Part shown: positions 26,561 through 38,286 of the stretch, piece after piece
Numbering within the stretch: the stretch's first letter is position 1
Layout: every line of letters starts with the position of its first letter
DNA from: Monocercomonoides exilis PA203
Taxonomy: Eukaryota; Protista; Preaxostyla
Direction of reading: 5' to 3'
Length of the DNA stretch: 64,000 nucleotides
Assembly: GCA_001643675.2 (NCBI GenBank)
Contig: LSRY02000041.1
Coordinates: 310,001 to 374,000 of the forward strand
Translations under genes and position numbers: made by a program
The notes under the pieces: model-generated
What the model saw: the letters and a program-made list of their open reading frames with translations, nothing else
The model's database searches: none
What the model was told of the DNA's origin: nothing

Positions 26561-27772
26561 GCTTTCGTTGTTGCAATTTTTTCAATTTTTTTTTTCTTCA
26601 GTGTAATTGAAGTGTCTTTCTTTTGGAGGTCAGAATGATAAAGTTGAAAACAACTGAAAATGCTGCAAAAAGCCAACAAGGACGTTAATAAGATTCAAAA
26701 TGTGAACAACTTAATTAGAAAATTGAAATAACGAGCCCTATCTCATTTTCTCAATTTTGTTTCAACTTTCATTCAGGGATGTATGCTCTCATCTTTTCAT
26801 TCTTTTCTTCCTCTTTTTTGTTTTCATTCTTTGCTTTTCTCTCGATTCTTTTCATTTTTCTTTTGTCTTCTTTCTTCTGTCTTTTTCTGTTTTTATCTGC
26901 ATTTTCCTGTTGACGGAGTACGAGAAGATGTCTCACTCTCATTCTTTTTTTTGCAAATCAACCAAAAGTTATGCTCCAATTATTTTTCTTTTCTGCTTTT
27001 CACTCTTTTTTCCTCTTCAGCCGCTTTGTTGTCACAGAAATGAATATTTCTTCGTTCAGCAATCATATTAAATCGTTATTCTGTTTCTTTGCCTAATTTC
27101 ACTTAATTTCCTCTCAAAGTTGTTCTTCTCCTTTCAACATTTCTTCATTTTCATTTGCATTGCAAATTGCTCATGGGCTCATTCTTCAAAATACATTCTT
27201 CCAAAGTCACTTTTTAATTGAGCCATATGCAAAAGTGAAACATTTATTCATAGGAAATTTATTTTTTCGTTCCTCTGAAAACAATTTGAAGGGTGTGGAG
27301 ATTAACAATGTCTGTCCCATTTCTGCTTTGAATTTTTTTCTTATGAAACCACATCTGTTTTATTCAACTGTTAATGGATTCTGGATAACGAAAATTTTCT
27401 GCTTAATTGAAAATCAAACAAATATCTTTTTTATTTCATTATTTTGAAAACCATGAAACGATATTATCTCCATTCCATCTATTCAAACTGAATAACATGT
27501 GATTTTTTATTTTTAAAGATTTGCAAAAAATTATTGAAAGATTCAGAATGTTCTGTTCATCAGAAAGTTTGATGCATTTTTTCTTGGGAATTCCTGGGAA
27601 ATAAATATATTGTGTATTCTGCATTTGACAGAATAAGTGAAAAAAAAGGTATGAATTATGAAATATAAAATCACATGAGAAATTGATGAAAAAAGAAACA
27701 AAAGTGATGAATACACAAGGAAAGACAAGAACAAATATCAATTGAAAAGAATAAAGAAAAATCAATTTTATC

Positions 27773-30182
27773 CTAATCCTTCATTTCTTGTTCCTTATTG
27801 TCATTCTCTTCATTTCTTGATTTCCTTTTCCTCACAACAACAATCACAATCACAATCACCACAACTGCCACAACAACCACTATTGGCACAACAATAGCAA
27901 CAACGATCCCTGCCTTCCTCTTTTTGTTTTGATCTTTCAGTTTCTCTTGTCTCACTTTCACAAACTTCTCATACACATCCTCAGGCTCTGATTCTGCATC
28001 TTTTGCTCCCTCGATCCACCCAGATGTTGATTCATCAAAGTCATTCGCAAACGCAAAGGCATCTTCTTGTTTGCAGAACTTTTCGAAGTCTGGGGCAATG
28101 ATGAACAGAGAAGTTGTTTTTGAGCCAGCTGTGTTTGAGCTGTCGATCTCCAGGTTGTGTTCTGAAGGGAGTTGCAGATTCGATGTGGCCTTGGGCATCT
28201 CAATGAATATTGCTCCTGATTTCCCTTCTGGTGCTGAACACGATTTGAATGAACATTTGCTTGACCTTCCAATCGCCACTCTTGATTCTTTTGAACTGAG
28301 GGTGATATCCAACCCTGCTGCTGCTCCTTTCTCCGATTTCACTTCTCGAACATTCAATCCTTCGATTGACACCTTCGAAGATAAATCACTCTTATCTCTG
28401 ATACTGATTGCTGCTCCATTTTGAACATTCACTTTGCTGATCTCCACAGTGCTCAATGATACTTCACGGGCTCCAGAAAATGAAAATGGTGATGAAGAGA
28501 ATGCCACAAATGAGGTCTCATCTGTGCATTTCACTGTGTCCATTTCCACACTTCCAGATGTCACACTCACAAGACTGCTTTCCAAGGGGCTGTTTCCATC
28601 CGTATTTGCCATCATTCCTTCTTGTGCTTGTGATCCAATTCTGGCAAATCGACATGTTGATATTTTCAGTGATATTGAACCTAATCCAGCACTGATCAAT
28701 GAGTCCCAATTCTTTTCTGTTGAAGAGAATTGGAATGCCAAACACTTGAATTCCACAGTTTTCTGGCAAGAAAAGAGAATTGATGAAACAGAAACATCAC
28801 AATTGATGGAAGCTTCTGTATTTCCCTCTCCATTGTCATTCACTCCTTCAATTGTTATTCCACTGTTAATGATGAAACTTATGGCTTCTGCTTTGATTGG
28901 ATCAGATGTTTTGATAATGTCAATGAAACATTTCCCGCTCTTTTCCAAGAAATCATAAGCTTCCTTCAAGCTGTTGATTGCTGAATTAACATCGATTCCA
29001 TTTCCCTTCCCTCCTTTCTTCACGAATGCCCTTGTCATATTGTCTGGTTTTTTGGGAGCAGGATCAAAATACAAACTTGTGAAATCATATCCATTGACAA
29101 CAACACACCATCTGTTGTCTCTTCTTGTGTAATCAGCTGCAAAACTGTTCATCATTGCATCTGCAATATCTGTGAATAAAGAACTTCCTTTTATTTCTAA
29201 ATACAGTCCAGTGTTTCTCTTTTTGCCACTATCATATGCTGAACAATTCTGAAATACCAGATTCTTTCCATCTGTTGGCCATTTCAGTTGTGATGCTGAT
29301 GCAATATTTGGCATATACAAATAGATTCCACCAGATTTGGCATAAGATCCACCACTGCTACAAGAGGTGAAAGATGTTAAGCCTCCATCTCCAATTGTGA
29401 ATGAACTTTTACTGATTTCGCTAAAAACAGATATTATACCATAACTTCCAGCTTGACATTCTGTGAATGTGCAATTATTCAGCGTCGCATCCATTTCAAT
29501 ATCTTTATATTCTTCTATGGAAACGAGTGAACTATCACTGGAAATTTTCTTCAAAGTCACATTCGTTAATGATAATGCTTTAGGCGCAAAAAAAAAAAAT
29601 TGCGCGAGAAATTGAAATAGTTTGATTTTCATCAATACACTCAACTGAATTCATTTGAACATTACTGCCTTCCACATGCACAACGGCATATTCCCCAATT
29701 TTGTTATTTGTTGGGGGATGAATAAATTGACAGTTTTTTATGGTGAGTTCCCTTCCAACCCCATGAATCAATGGATATGTTCCATAACTGCTTATAATAA
29801 CGGGAAAGTGGAATGCCAAATATTTGAATTCAGTATCTTCTCTACATATTAAAAGACTTCCACTTGGATGAACATCGCAGTCAATTGAAACAATTTCATT
29901 TTTCGTTCCCTTGCCATCAGCTCCTTCAATCATTATTCCTTCACTTTTGCTGAAAGTTATTGCTTCTGCTGTGAATGCAGTTGCGTCATTGACAATATAG
30001 ATCTTGCATGCTTCTTCTTCACCAAGCAGATCATATGCACTTTTCAATGATTTCTTTTCCTGATCGATCTCTGTGCCAGTGTTTGTGTCACTTCCACTTT
30101 GCTTCACATAAACTGTATAAGGTTTTCCTTCATCCAATTCTTGTGAAATTGCAAAAGTGATAATCAGAAAAATAAAGAGCAT
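27773..30182 (-). CDS. Type-I membrane/surface protein (signal peptide, two tandem beta-rich repeats, C-terminal TM helix) with one frameshift in a T12 run
   Basis: Signal-like MLFIFLIITFAISQE. Repeats VYVKQSG..SLKSAYDLL..AEAITF..IEG..SIDCDV and FVKKGG..SLKEAYDFL..AEAISF..IEG..SINCDV. SGGIY/SGAIF motifs. TM GIVVAIVVPIVVVVAVVVIVIVIVVV followed by RKRK. The two ORFs overlap at the homopolymer 29588-29599. Confidence 0.85.
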
Positions 30183-30628
30183 GAGTTTTGATGTTTCTTG
30201 ATCGATATTGCAACAGATCAATACATCCTTAATTCATATACAAATTGATGCAATCAATGGCTTGAATCCAATTGATGAGTGTTTGAAAAGTGAGTTTAAT
30301 CATTGGACAGTTTCCATTCCGAATGAAACACTCATATAGGAAGATCAACTGATTTTGAAAACAAAAATTGTTAACGCCCATAGTATATTATTTATTGCCA
30401 CTGTTTTGCATCATTGTTTTGAAAAGATTTGAAAAAAGAAAACAAAATGATCAAAATGTGCAAAAGATAAGAAACAAAAGCAAAAAATCAAAACAAAATG
30501 AAACTGAGCTCATGATTTTCGAAATATCACAAACAATATTTCATGAAGAGAAAAGAAACAATGAAAATATTCATTACAAATTGATGAAATATGGAGCACA
30601 ATAAAACGATTATCAATGAAATAACATC

Positions 30629-31472
30629 GGTTTATCACATCTTTAAGTAACATTCAGAAACTCATTTTTTTTTCGGATTTTTTGTGATAGAATGATTTAA
30701 CATCAAAAATAAAACATGCTAGGGGTGAATTTATCATTATTGCTATATTTTTTTCATTGAAAAAAAATTAAAATTTCGATAATATTATGGTTATGTTCAA
30801 ATCAATTTCTAAAAGGAAAAGTTGAAATCGATGTATAAGAAGATTTAAAAAAAAAAATTTTTTTTATGATATTCTTTCCTTTCTTGTTCTATTTTATAGA
30901 GAAGAATAAAAAAAGTTAGCAATTCATACAAATGTTTAGTATTTTTTCTTTTCATTTTGCACAATCATTGAAACACACGTCTTTTTTGTGTGAAAAAGTG
31001 ATTTTTTTTTTTGATAAAAACTCAAGCCGTATTTATAAAAAAATGAACAAAATTAAAAAAGTTTACCCAAAATTTAACATATTGATTTGAGAGAAAATCG
31101 TAAAGAAGAACGAAAACACTCAAGTTCATTTTAAAACTTTATTTATTCTTTAAAAATAAAAAACGCAAACAAATGAGTGCTTCAAATATCTTTAATTCAC
31201 TTGATTTGAATTGTTAGGTTTTTATTACAAGTCAAATTTAACTACACCAAGAAATTACAAAAAATCGTTCAATTTTCAAACAAAAATTTTTGAAATAAGT
31301 TTGATCATAACCATTATATTTTCGAAATTTTGATTTTTTTTAATGAAAAAAATATAGCAATAATGATAAATTCACCCCTGGCTTGTTTTATAATATTATA
31401 TTTAATCAAACTTTTACAAAAAAAATCCGAAAAATATGAGTTTCTGAATGTTTCTTATAGTTGTGATTTGTC
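30629..31472. mobile_element. Foldback/MITE with ~180-bp diverged inverted arms
   Basis: CATTCAGAAACTCAT..AGGGGTGAATTTATCATTATTGCTATATTTTTTTCATT (~30650-30810) is inverted at ~31290-31452. Possible decayed 8-bp TSD ATAACATC/AAAACATA. Confidence 0.8.
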
Positions 31473-32155
31473 AAAACATATTTTAATATTTTGTTCAAAA
31501 TCAAAAACAATAGAAAAAGAAAAAAAGTGTATATGGGACAAAATATTTGACTTCAGGCATTTTCATAGAAAAATTATGCACTTTTGAAAGCTTTTTGTGA
31601 TTAAAAAATTTTGTAACAAATGTGTTTGTTTTTTGTAATACATATGAAGTTACTGAACTTAATGTTATTATATCAATGGCGTTTGCTTTCAAAAATGAAA
31701 ATCAAATTTATTTTGAAATCTGGTTAAGTTTCAAAATGCAATAGGTGAAACAATTTTTTCATGCTTTGTGCATTAAAAGCTTGAAAGTCCGGATTTTCCA
31801 CCATATTTTGTTCATAATAGCTTCTTTTCAGTCAATAAAGTTTGAGTCGACTAATTCAACACATATGATTTATCTTTAAATGTTTCAATGGGTATACATT
31901 GAAATTAGACAAAAAGAGATTATTGTGGAAATGAAGGCACACTATTCATTCGTATTATTTGTTTTATCATCAATAAATTTTCAGCAAAAATTATTCTGAT
32001 TATTTCAACTAAATGCAGTGACTTCAGTTGTTACCAGAGTGCATTTGATTTTTATCATTCGAAAAATTCATTAAAAAATTTTTGAAAAAATATGAAAGTT
32101 AATTCAAAAGAGGAAAAAAAAGAAAGCCACATTTTCTATATATTAATAAATACCT

Positions 32156-32410
32156 GTGCGATTATTTTTGAAATCATATTTCAACATTCAAAAATTTCGG
32201 TCAGAAAATTTCACTTAAATATTAAAAAAAGATTATTGAAAAATGAAAAGGCTAGCAAAAGACATCTTCATCATTATTTGTGCAGAATCATTCGTTTTGA
32301 AAACAAAAGAAAGAAAATTATCACATTAATGCATAATCTCCATTCAATAATGAACAACCTTTGATAAATCAACATTTCGAAAAATTTTATGATTTCAAAA
32401 ATAATTACAC
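32156..32410. mobile_element. Older, degenerate copy of the 256-bp GGGTGATT MITE
   Basis: GATTATTTTTGAAATCATATTT..AAATTTCGGT..TTATGATTTCAAAATAAT, colinear with 43571-43826; termini eroded. Confidence 0.75.
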
Positions 32411-33147
32411 GAACTTAAAATGTTTGATTCCATAAAGAAAACAAAATTGTGGTTCAATCGAAAAAATTTTCTAGTTATTTGTTCTGTTTGATTAATGTTA
32501 AAAAAAAACAGAGAGACAGGTTCACTCCGAGATAATGAGTATTGATCACAATTTATGGGCTGGTTTTGTGAGAACTTCGCCCTCCCAAAATGACGTTGGA
32601 AAAAGGGCGAGATGAAAATATAGACAAAAACATTTAAACAATAAAAAAGTTTATTATGAATTGTCCGCTTCACTTCACCACATACTTCGCCTTTTCGCCT
32701 TGGTTACGAAGACCAGAGGGCAGGGGACGTTGCCCCTCGGAGCTCCCTCCTGCAGTCAGTGCAGGGATTCAGTGAGGCGAAAACTCAAAACGAAGCAGAA
32801 AGAAAAACCACATTCGCTTCCGCGAGGAGTGAAAAAGAAAACTGCATGTAATGTGCTCTGCCTCCCTCTCTTCTGCTGCATCAGCAGAGCAAATCCACCC
32901 ACCACACACTGTGTGGTCCCGTCTGACTGTTCTCTTTGCATTTGTTCGATTCCATTAAAAGGAGCAGGCTCCTTCTTCAAACTTTTTATTCATTCCACAT
33001 TTCTCTGAACAGGTTCTAGGTGCACTCTTGTGATTTCGGGCGGTTGCTATTTTCCTCTCTCTTCTGTTATCTCTCCCCTTTTCTCGTAATCTACACACTT
33101 GCATGTCGCTCTACATCGCACCCAGCCGCGTATCTTCTCTCCATCCG

Positions 33148-33258
33148 CATTCCTATTATCTCTGAGCAAACCTGTCTCACTGCGTTTTTATCAATTCGCA
33201 ATGAAGCGAATCTACAAACGCAAGGAGCAGGTTTGCTCCTCAATAATGAGTTCTGAAA
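33148..33258. repeat. Internal complementary region (ICR) of the DIRS element
   Basis: 33148-33190 is complementary to the left terminus (AAAAA..CAGAGAGACAGGTTCACTCCGAGATAAT). 33188-33258 is complementary to the right terminus (CTCATTATCGAGGAGAAAACCTGCAACTTGCGCTTGTTGATTCGCTCAATTGCGAATCAATAA). Confidence 0.9.
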
Positions 33259-33665
33259 TCCCTTTTCTTTCCGTATGTGTGATCTAAAACCCCTTTCCTA
33301 GCACGATATCGTGCGATGGATGAACAGAGGGACTGCGGATGAAGGTGCGGCCCTTATCTCTACTCCCTGCCTCTCTTTGAATGCTTTCTGGGTGTTCTTG
33401 ATCGGGTCTTCGACACTTGAGCAAGCCTGACAATTTGTCCTATGCTTCTCTCTCCGCGTTTCCTCCGATCAGGTTCCAGCTCCTTTTGCAAGGCAGTTTG
33501 TCTGCCCTCCGTCAGCTCCATAATGCTGCGGGGAATTATGGGGGCTGTCTCATCACCTTTGGGAAGTTGAGCTATATCACTCTCCTGCTGTGTACTCTTC
33601 TCTCGAATTGGCCTTCGTCTCTTTGATCTCCTTCTCTTTCTCCTATCCACTTCTCCTCCAGATTG

Positions 33666-35456
33666 TCAACTTTCTCCTGTATATTCCATAATTCCTGGTA
33701 CTGTCTTCTCAATTCTTTTATCCTTCCTTTCTCTATCCTTCTCTGACTTTTCCGCTTCTCCACAAAGGGATCCTGATCCGCCGATTGTCTCCAGGAACCA
33801 TCTCGTGTCTTGAACTGGAAGCACGGTGTAATACTCCTGGGCCACTCTAGAACTTGGAACCCATCTCGCGTCCGCATTGATTGTTTTCCAATCTGCATCT
33901 TGTTGTCTTGCTAAGTGTGTTATCACGGCGTGTCTTTTTGAGAACGCGGTAAATGTTTCAGTTATTCCATTTTCTCTCAGGACAGCCACTAATTCTTCTT
34001 TTATCTTCTGCAAGTTTGCAGATTGCCTCTCACTGATATTGAACCACACATGTTCATCCTTTAACGTTGTCTTTGAAAATTCCATCCAACGTTGCAGCGC
34101 GATAACTGCATAGATACGTGGATTTGGATGTTTGTTTATAATAACCTTGACCGTCTCTCCCCCTGATGTTTTTGTTTGTACTTGTGTCTGGACGAACTCG
34201 TCCTTAAATATCGTAGTATCACTTCTCATTCTTTCCAGCTCTGATGGCCTTAAAGCTCCAAAAACCATAGTGAGGATGAGGGCTCTCCTCTGAAGTGTTC
34301 GTTGGTCCGTCATATCATGGGTGGCTTTTTCCCATTTGGTGATTATTGTGAGATCCCATATCGTTTTGCATCGTTTTCCCCTTCTTGGCTTATCCCCCAC
34401 ATAAGTCTTTAGAAATATTTCAATGTCCTTTCGATCAATCTTGGTTTCTCTAAAAAGGTTGATGGACTCCAGTACTTTCCGTTCTGTCTGATGAATCACT
34501 CCACTTGAAACATTTGTATTAAATTGAGTTTCAAAAAATTCTTCCATAATCCATTTGGCATCTCTGGATGTGAGGGGGTAGGTGTCATCCATGCTCTCTC
34601 TATCTATGAATTGTCTAAATCTTCGCAGCACTCTCCACGTATCCCTTTCACTCTTCTGATTTTTCAGTATTGCTGCTGCTATGTCATTCGCTCTCACATA
34701 TTCTCCACATGCTTTGAAGAGGTCCATTCCTTGAATACTCTCTTCTCCAGTGTGACTGATATCACTTCTCCTGGGGGTAATCTCCAGCCTTCCCTTCTCA
34801 TCTTTGCTCCCCGTATCACGCACTCCTGAAAGGTCCCCAGGGTCTTTGTCAAATGCCCAGGCTGCAGTTGCGGGGTCCAGATTTGCCCCCGCCAGGCTGG
34901 CAGAATCAGAATCGTAAGATCCCTCTGCGCTTCCTTCATTTTCTCTTTCAGCACACGTCCAATATTTCTCAAGAACGGATGGACTAGCAATATCTCGTCT
35001 CCTGGCATGTTTTTCTCTCTCTTCCTTCTCACGGAGGATTGTCTCCAAGTACTTCCACAGGGCACCAGCACAATTGGTTTTGAGATTGTGTCCAGTGTTC
35101 TCAGTGCGATTGTTTGTAATATCTCTGCGACTTTCTCCCCGCTCAGTGCATAGTCCGGCTTTTTCGCCATCCGGCTGAGTGCATCTGCATCCGTGTTCTG
35201 TTCTCCCGGGAGATGTTCCGTCTGTATTGTAATGTCGAGGCTGTTCAGTTTCTTTTCCAATACACTCAGTGTTGGAATGAGCAATGGCGCTTCCCTCTTC
35301 TTCTGTATTGTCCACCTTGTGGACATATTGTCTGCCCTCAGACGAATATGATCTATCTTCTGTTGTTGCATCCATGCTCCCTTTCTCTCTTGTGTTCTCA
35401 ACACTGCTCTTGAATCCTTCTCGTTGATCGCCAGTGCAATCTCCCGGGGTGTCCAA
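33666..35456 (-). CDS. DIRS tyrosine recombinase ORF
   Basis: FGALRPSELERM (catalytic Arg), QTKT (Lys), FSKRHAVITHL (H-x-x-R equivalent), ARWVPSSRVAQEYY (Trp and catalytic Tyr). Confidence 0.88.
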   Translation of the reverse strand: MDTPGDCTGDQREGFKSSVENTREKGSMDATTEDRSYSSEGRQYVHKVDNTEEEGSAIAHSNTECIGKETEQPRHYNTDGTSPGRTEHGCRCTQPDGEKAGLCTERGESRRDITNNRTENTGHNLKTNCAGALWKYLETILREKEEREKHARRRDIASPSVLEKYWTCAERENEGSAEGSYDSDSASLAGANLDPATAAWAFDKDPGDLSGVRDTGSKDEKGRLEITPRRSDISHTGEESIQGMDLFKACGEYVRANDIAAAILKNQKSERDTWRVLRRFRQFIDRESMDDTYPLTSRDAKWIMEEFFETQFNTNVSSGVIHQTERKVLESINLFRETKIDRKDIEIFLKTYVGDKPRRGKRCKTIWDLTIITKWEKATHDMTDQRTLQRRALILTMVFGALRPSELERMRSDTTIFKDEFVQTQVQTKTSGGETVKVIINKHPNPRIYAVIALQRWMEFSKTTLKDEHVWFNISERQSANLQKIKEELVAVLRENGITETFTAFSKRHAVITHLARQQDADWKTINADARWVPSSRVAQEYYTVLPVQDTRWFLETIGGSGSLCGEAEKSEKDRERKDKRIEKTVPGIMEYTGES

Positions 35457-37132
35457 CTTCCGTGGACATATATCTTCTCCTTTCTGTTCTTTTTCGGTGT
35501 TGTTAACACCTCACCCCATCCAAGCTCTAACACATCTGTTATTAGTTCCGCTGGTCTGTTCCTTCTCTTCAGACTCCTTGGTCTGTTTTCTTGTAGTATC
35601 TTTCTCCAGTGTGTTAATTCTACCAGTATCATTGGGTTGACTGTAACAGTTCAGTTCCAGCCTCCGCGGGCTATCGCCTGCATCAGCATGTATTGCATGC
35701 GCTTCATCCACAAGCTCGCTGGTGGGTGTTGCAGTCTCACAAAATTCAGCCTCCTGAGGAGTGCTGCTAAGTCTCTCGTCTTTTATCTCTTCCTTCACTT
35801 AGCATATGCTGTACAGGTTCGCACATACTCTAGCAGCAGCACTCTCTTCCTTTCTTGGAGTGTCACTTCCATCCTTTCCGAGTTCCAAAGCAATCCCAGA
35901 AACTCCACACTCCTTGTGCGTTCCAACTTCAGCTTCTCTTCCAACAGTATCCAGCCCAGATTTCTCAGGAACTGAGCTATCTCCTGTGAGATCGATCTCA
36001 ATGCATCCCTGTCTGTGTGCATGAGGAAAATGTCGTCCAGGTATATCACTAGCTTCACTTTCCACTTTTCTCTGATATATGACGCCGCCCTTCTCATTAT
36101 CTTCGTGAATACTCTGGGCGCGTCCTTTGCTCCAAATGGCATCCCCACGTAAGTGTAGCATTGCTTTTGAAAGCTGAAGCACAGAAAGGGACTGAATTGT
36201 TCATCCACTTTGACATGTTGGTATGCACTCGATATGTCCAAAGTTGTCATCCAGTCGTTCTCTTCCAGGAGTTCCACCACTGTCTCCTGGGAATCCATCA
36301 TGAAGTGTTTTCCCTGCACTTCCTCGTTAAGCTTTCTGCAATCCAAGATCTTCCTCCACTTTCCGTTCTTCTTTGTCACCAAGAATGTCGGGTTGAACCA
36401 CTTCACCTCCGACTCCTGTATGGGATTCACCACTCCTTCCTTCAATTCCTTTTCCAAGAGGGATAAATAATTGTTCGTCATCTCTGTCGTCCCTCGAAAC
36501 TCTTGTCTGTGTTTTCTCTTCAAAAGTGAGATTAAATATTGGGGACTTTTCCATCGAGCTCTTACACCACGGCTCACTAGTTTGTCTCCCCCAATCTTCA
36601 TCCACTCGTTCAGCCTGTTCACCAGTCTCCCCGGAAGTGGCTCCTTTGGTGATCCAATCACTATACTCTCCCTCACTCCTGGCGTCTTGTGGCCAGACTG
36701 CATCTGTGTATTTCCTTCTCCTTCGAGAATATGTACAATAGCTGTTTTCAAGCTCCACTTCCGGGCGCTCCCAATTGGGGGCTCGATAACAATCCCAGAA
36801 GCTCTCAAGACTCTCTTCCCGTTCTCCCTCTCGCTCCTCTGTCCCGTCACTCGGGAATATTCGGAGTCTCCTTCTGTTCTCGCTGTCGGGTGTCGCACAT
36901 CTTCTATCGATTTCTCTATTGCCGAATCCCCCGTGATTTCTCGTTCTCTCTCCTTTCTTTGGTCTGACAGGTTCAGAGTCTCTCTGACGTTCACCTGTTG
37001 TTTCTGCATTTCCGTCTCTGATCGCTTCTCGCCCGAAGCGACGGTTTCTCGTTGTATATTCATTTCGCTGTAATTTGCTTCTCTCTCTCCTCTCTCTGTC
37101 TCGCAACACAGTGGGGCTATACTCCCCCTCAC
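34694..37132 (-). pseudogene. DIRS pol: reverse transcriptase + RNase H + methyltransferase-like tail, one frame with in-frame stops
   Basis: RT: FLVTKKNGKWRKILDCRKLN, LDISSAYQH, MPFG..APRVF, YLDD. RNase H: ITDVLELGWG, ADN, HLPGEQNTDADALSR. MT-like: LVHPF..IGRVL..ILILPAWRGQIW. ORFs 35795-37132 and 34694-35632 share a frame, separated by TGA, TAA and TGA. Confidence 0.92.
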
Positions 37133-38286
37133 TTCTTATAGGTCCATTGGCTCGTTCCAATAGCTGTTCCTGTTGCTGATCCTCCCTGTATCCTCGGGGG
37201 AGCTGGGGTGAGGGGAACTGTGATCGAGGCCACTCTCCCAGCTGGTGCAGGGGCATGCTGTGGTAGTACTTGTGTTGACATCCTTCTTTCCTTGAAATTC
37301 GTGAAGCTCCCATCGAAGCCATGCTTCTGGAGCTGTCTGTATTCAAAACCCTGTGTGCTCCTTCCAGAACTGTATCTTCTCGGGAGCCCACTTCTGGCTG
37401 TTGTGGACCCGAAACCTGTTGTGGAGTCGGGAGATGCATCGTATCCTGCTGCATCTCCCTCTGCTTGAAAAAAGCTAGTGCTCTCCACCAGTTTTCTCAG
37501 GTTCTCCGGCACTTCCTAAGACATTCCTCCTTCTAAAAAGCCTTTCGCGCTTTCCCAATCCGATTGAAGAATAACTTTCAGTAAGTTTATTCTGCTGATA
37601 CAGTTGGCAATAAGCGCATAAGAACAAAACAGTCCTTTCAGTCGTTCTTTCTCCTCTTCCATGAGGTGCGCCTTCTCTAGTTCCTTCACCGTGAGGGCTG
37701 CGATTGCCTTCGCCACTTCAAAGCCCGATTCTAGAACAGGCTGGAGGAGTTCGATTACTCGGCTCACTTCTGGTGAGTCTCTTCTCCCCTTTGTTGTGAT
37801 TTCTGTTCTGGCGAGCGCATTCCAGCTTGTGTCCGTGTGTCCCGTGAAAATTTCCTTCTCACTCTCCGGAATAAACGTATTCAAAATATCATCGTTTGTC
37901 CTGATCGAACAAGCTTTGCAAAATTCAATAAAGTTCCTCAACTCGCTCGCTTGTCTCAGGTGTGTCAACCACTCCCTGGGAAAAATTCTGGCAAATTTTT
38001 GTTTTCTCTCCTTTTCTTCCTGCACTTCTTGCTCTTCAGAATCCCAGTTGCTTTCCTCTTCGTCTTCCCGTCTCTTCGTTCGGCTATATGTTCGACATCC
38101 TCTCTCACGCTTTCCTTGGTTCCGCTTCGCGATCAGATCACTAAAATTTGCATCCGACTTTGACTCGCTTGATCTCGACAGAGATCTCTTCCTTTGTCGT
38201 TCTCTCTTAACTTTCCTCGTTGGTAGCAACTCCGTAGCTCCGGACTGCATTGGCCATGTTTGGCTTCTGGTGATTTCTTCGATCAT
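37129..38286 (-). pseudogene. DIRS gag-like ORF1 with a single in-frame TAG at 37516-37518
   Basis: First ORF after the 5' ITR. ORFs 37516-38286 and 37129-37512 are in the same frame. Assignment is positional. Confidence 0.7.

Noticed and set aside
23700-38286. Stop-codon reassignment (TAA/TAG=Gln, as in some oxymonads) to explain in-frame stops
   Set aside because: Host genes have kilobase-long ORFs without TAR codons and PP5 ends in TAA. Broken regions also contain TGA stops and frameshifts.
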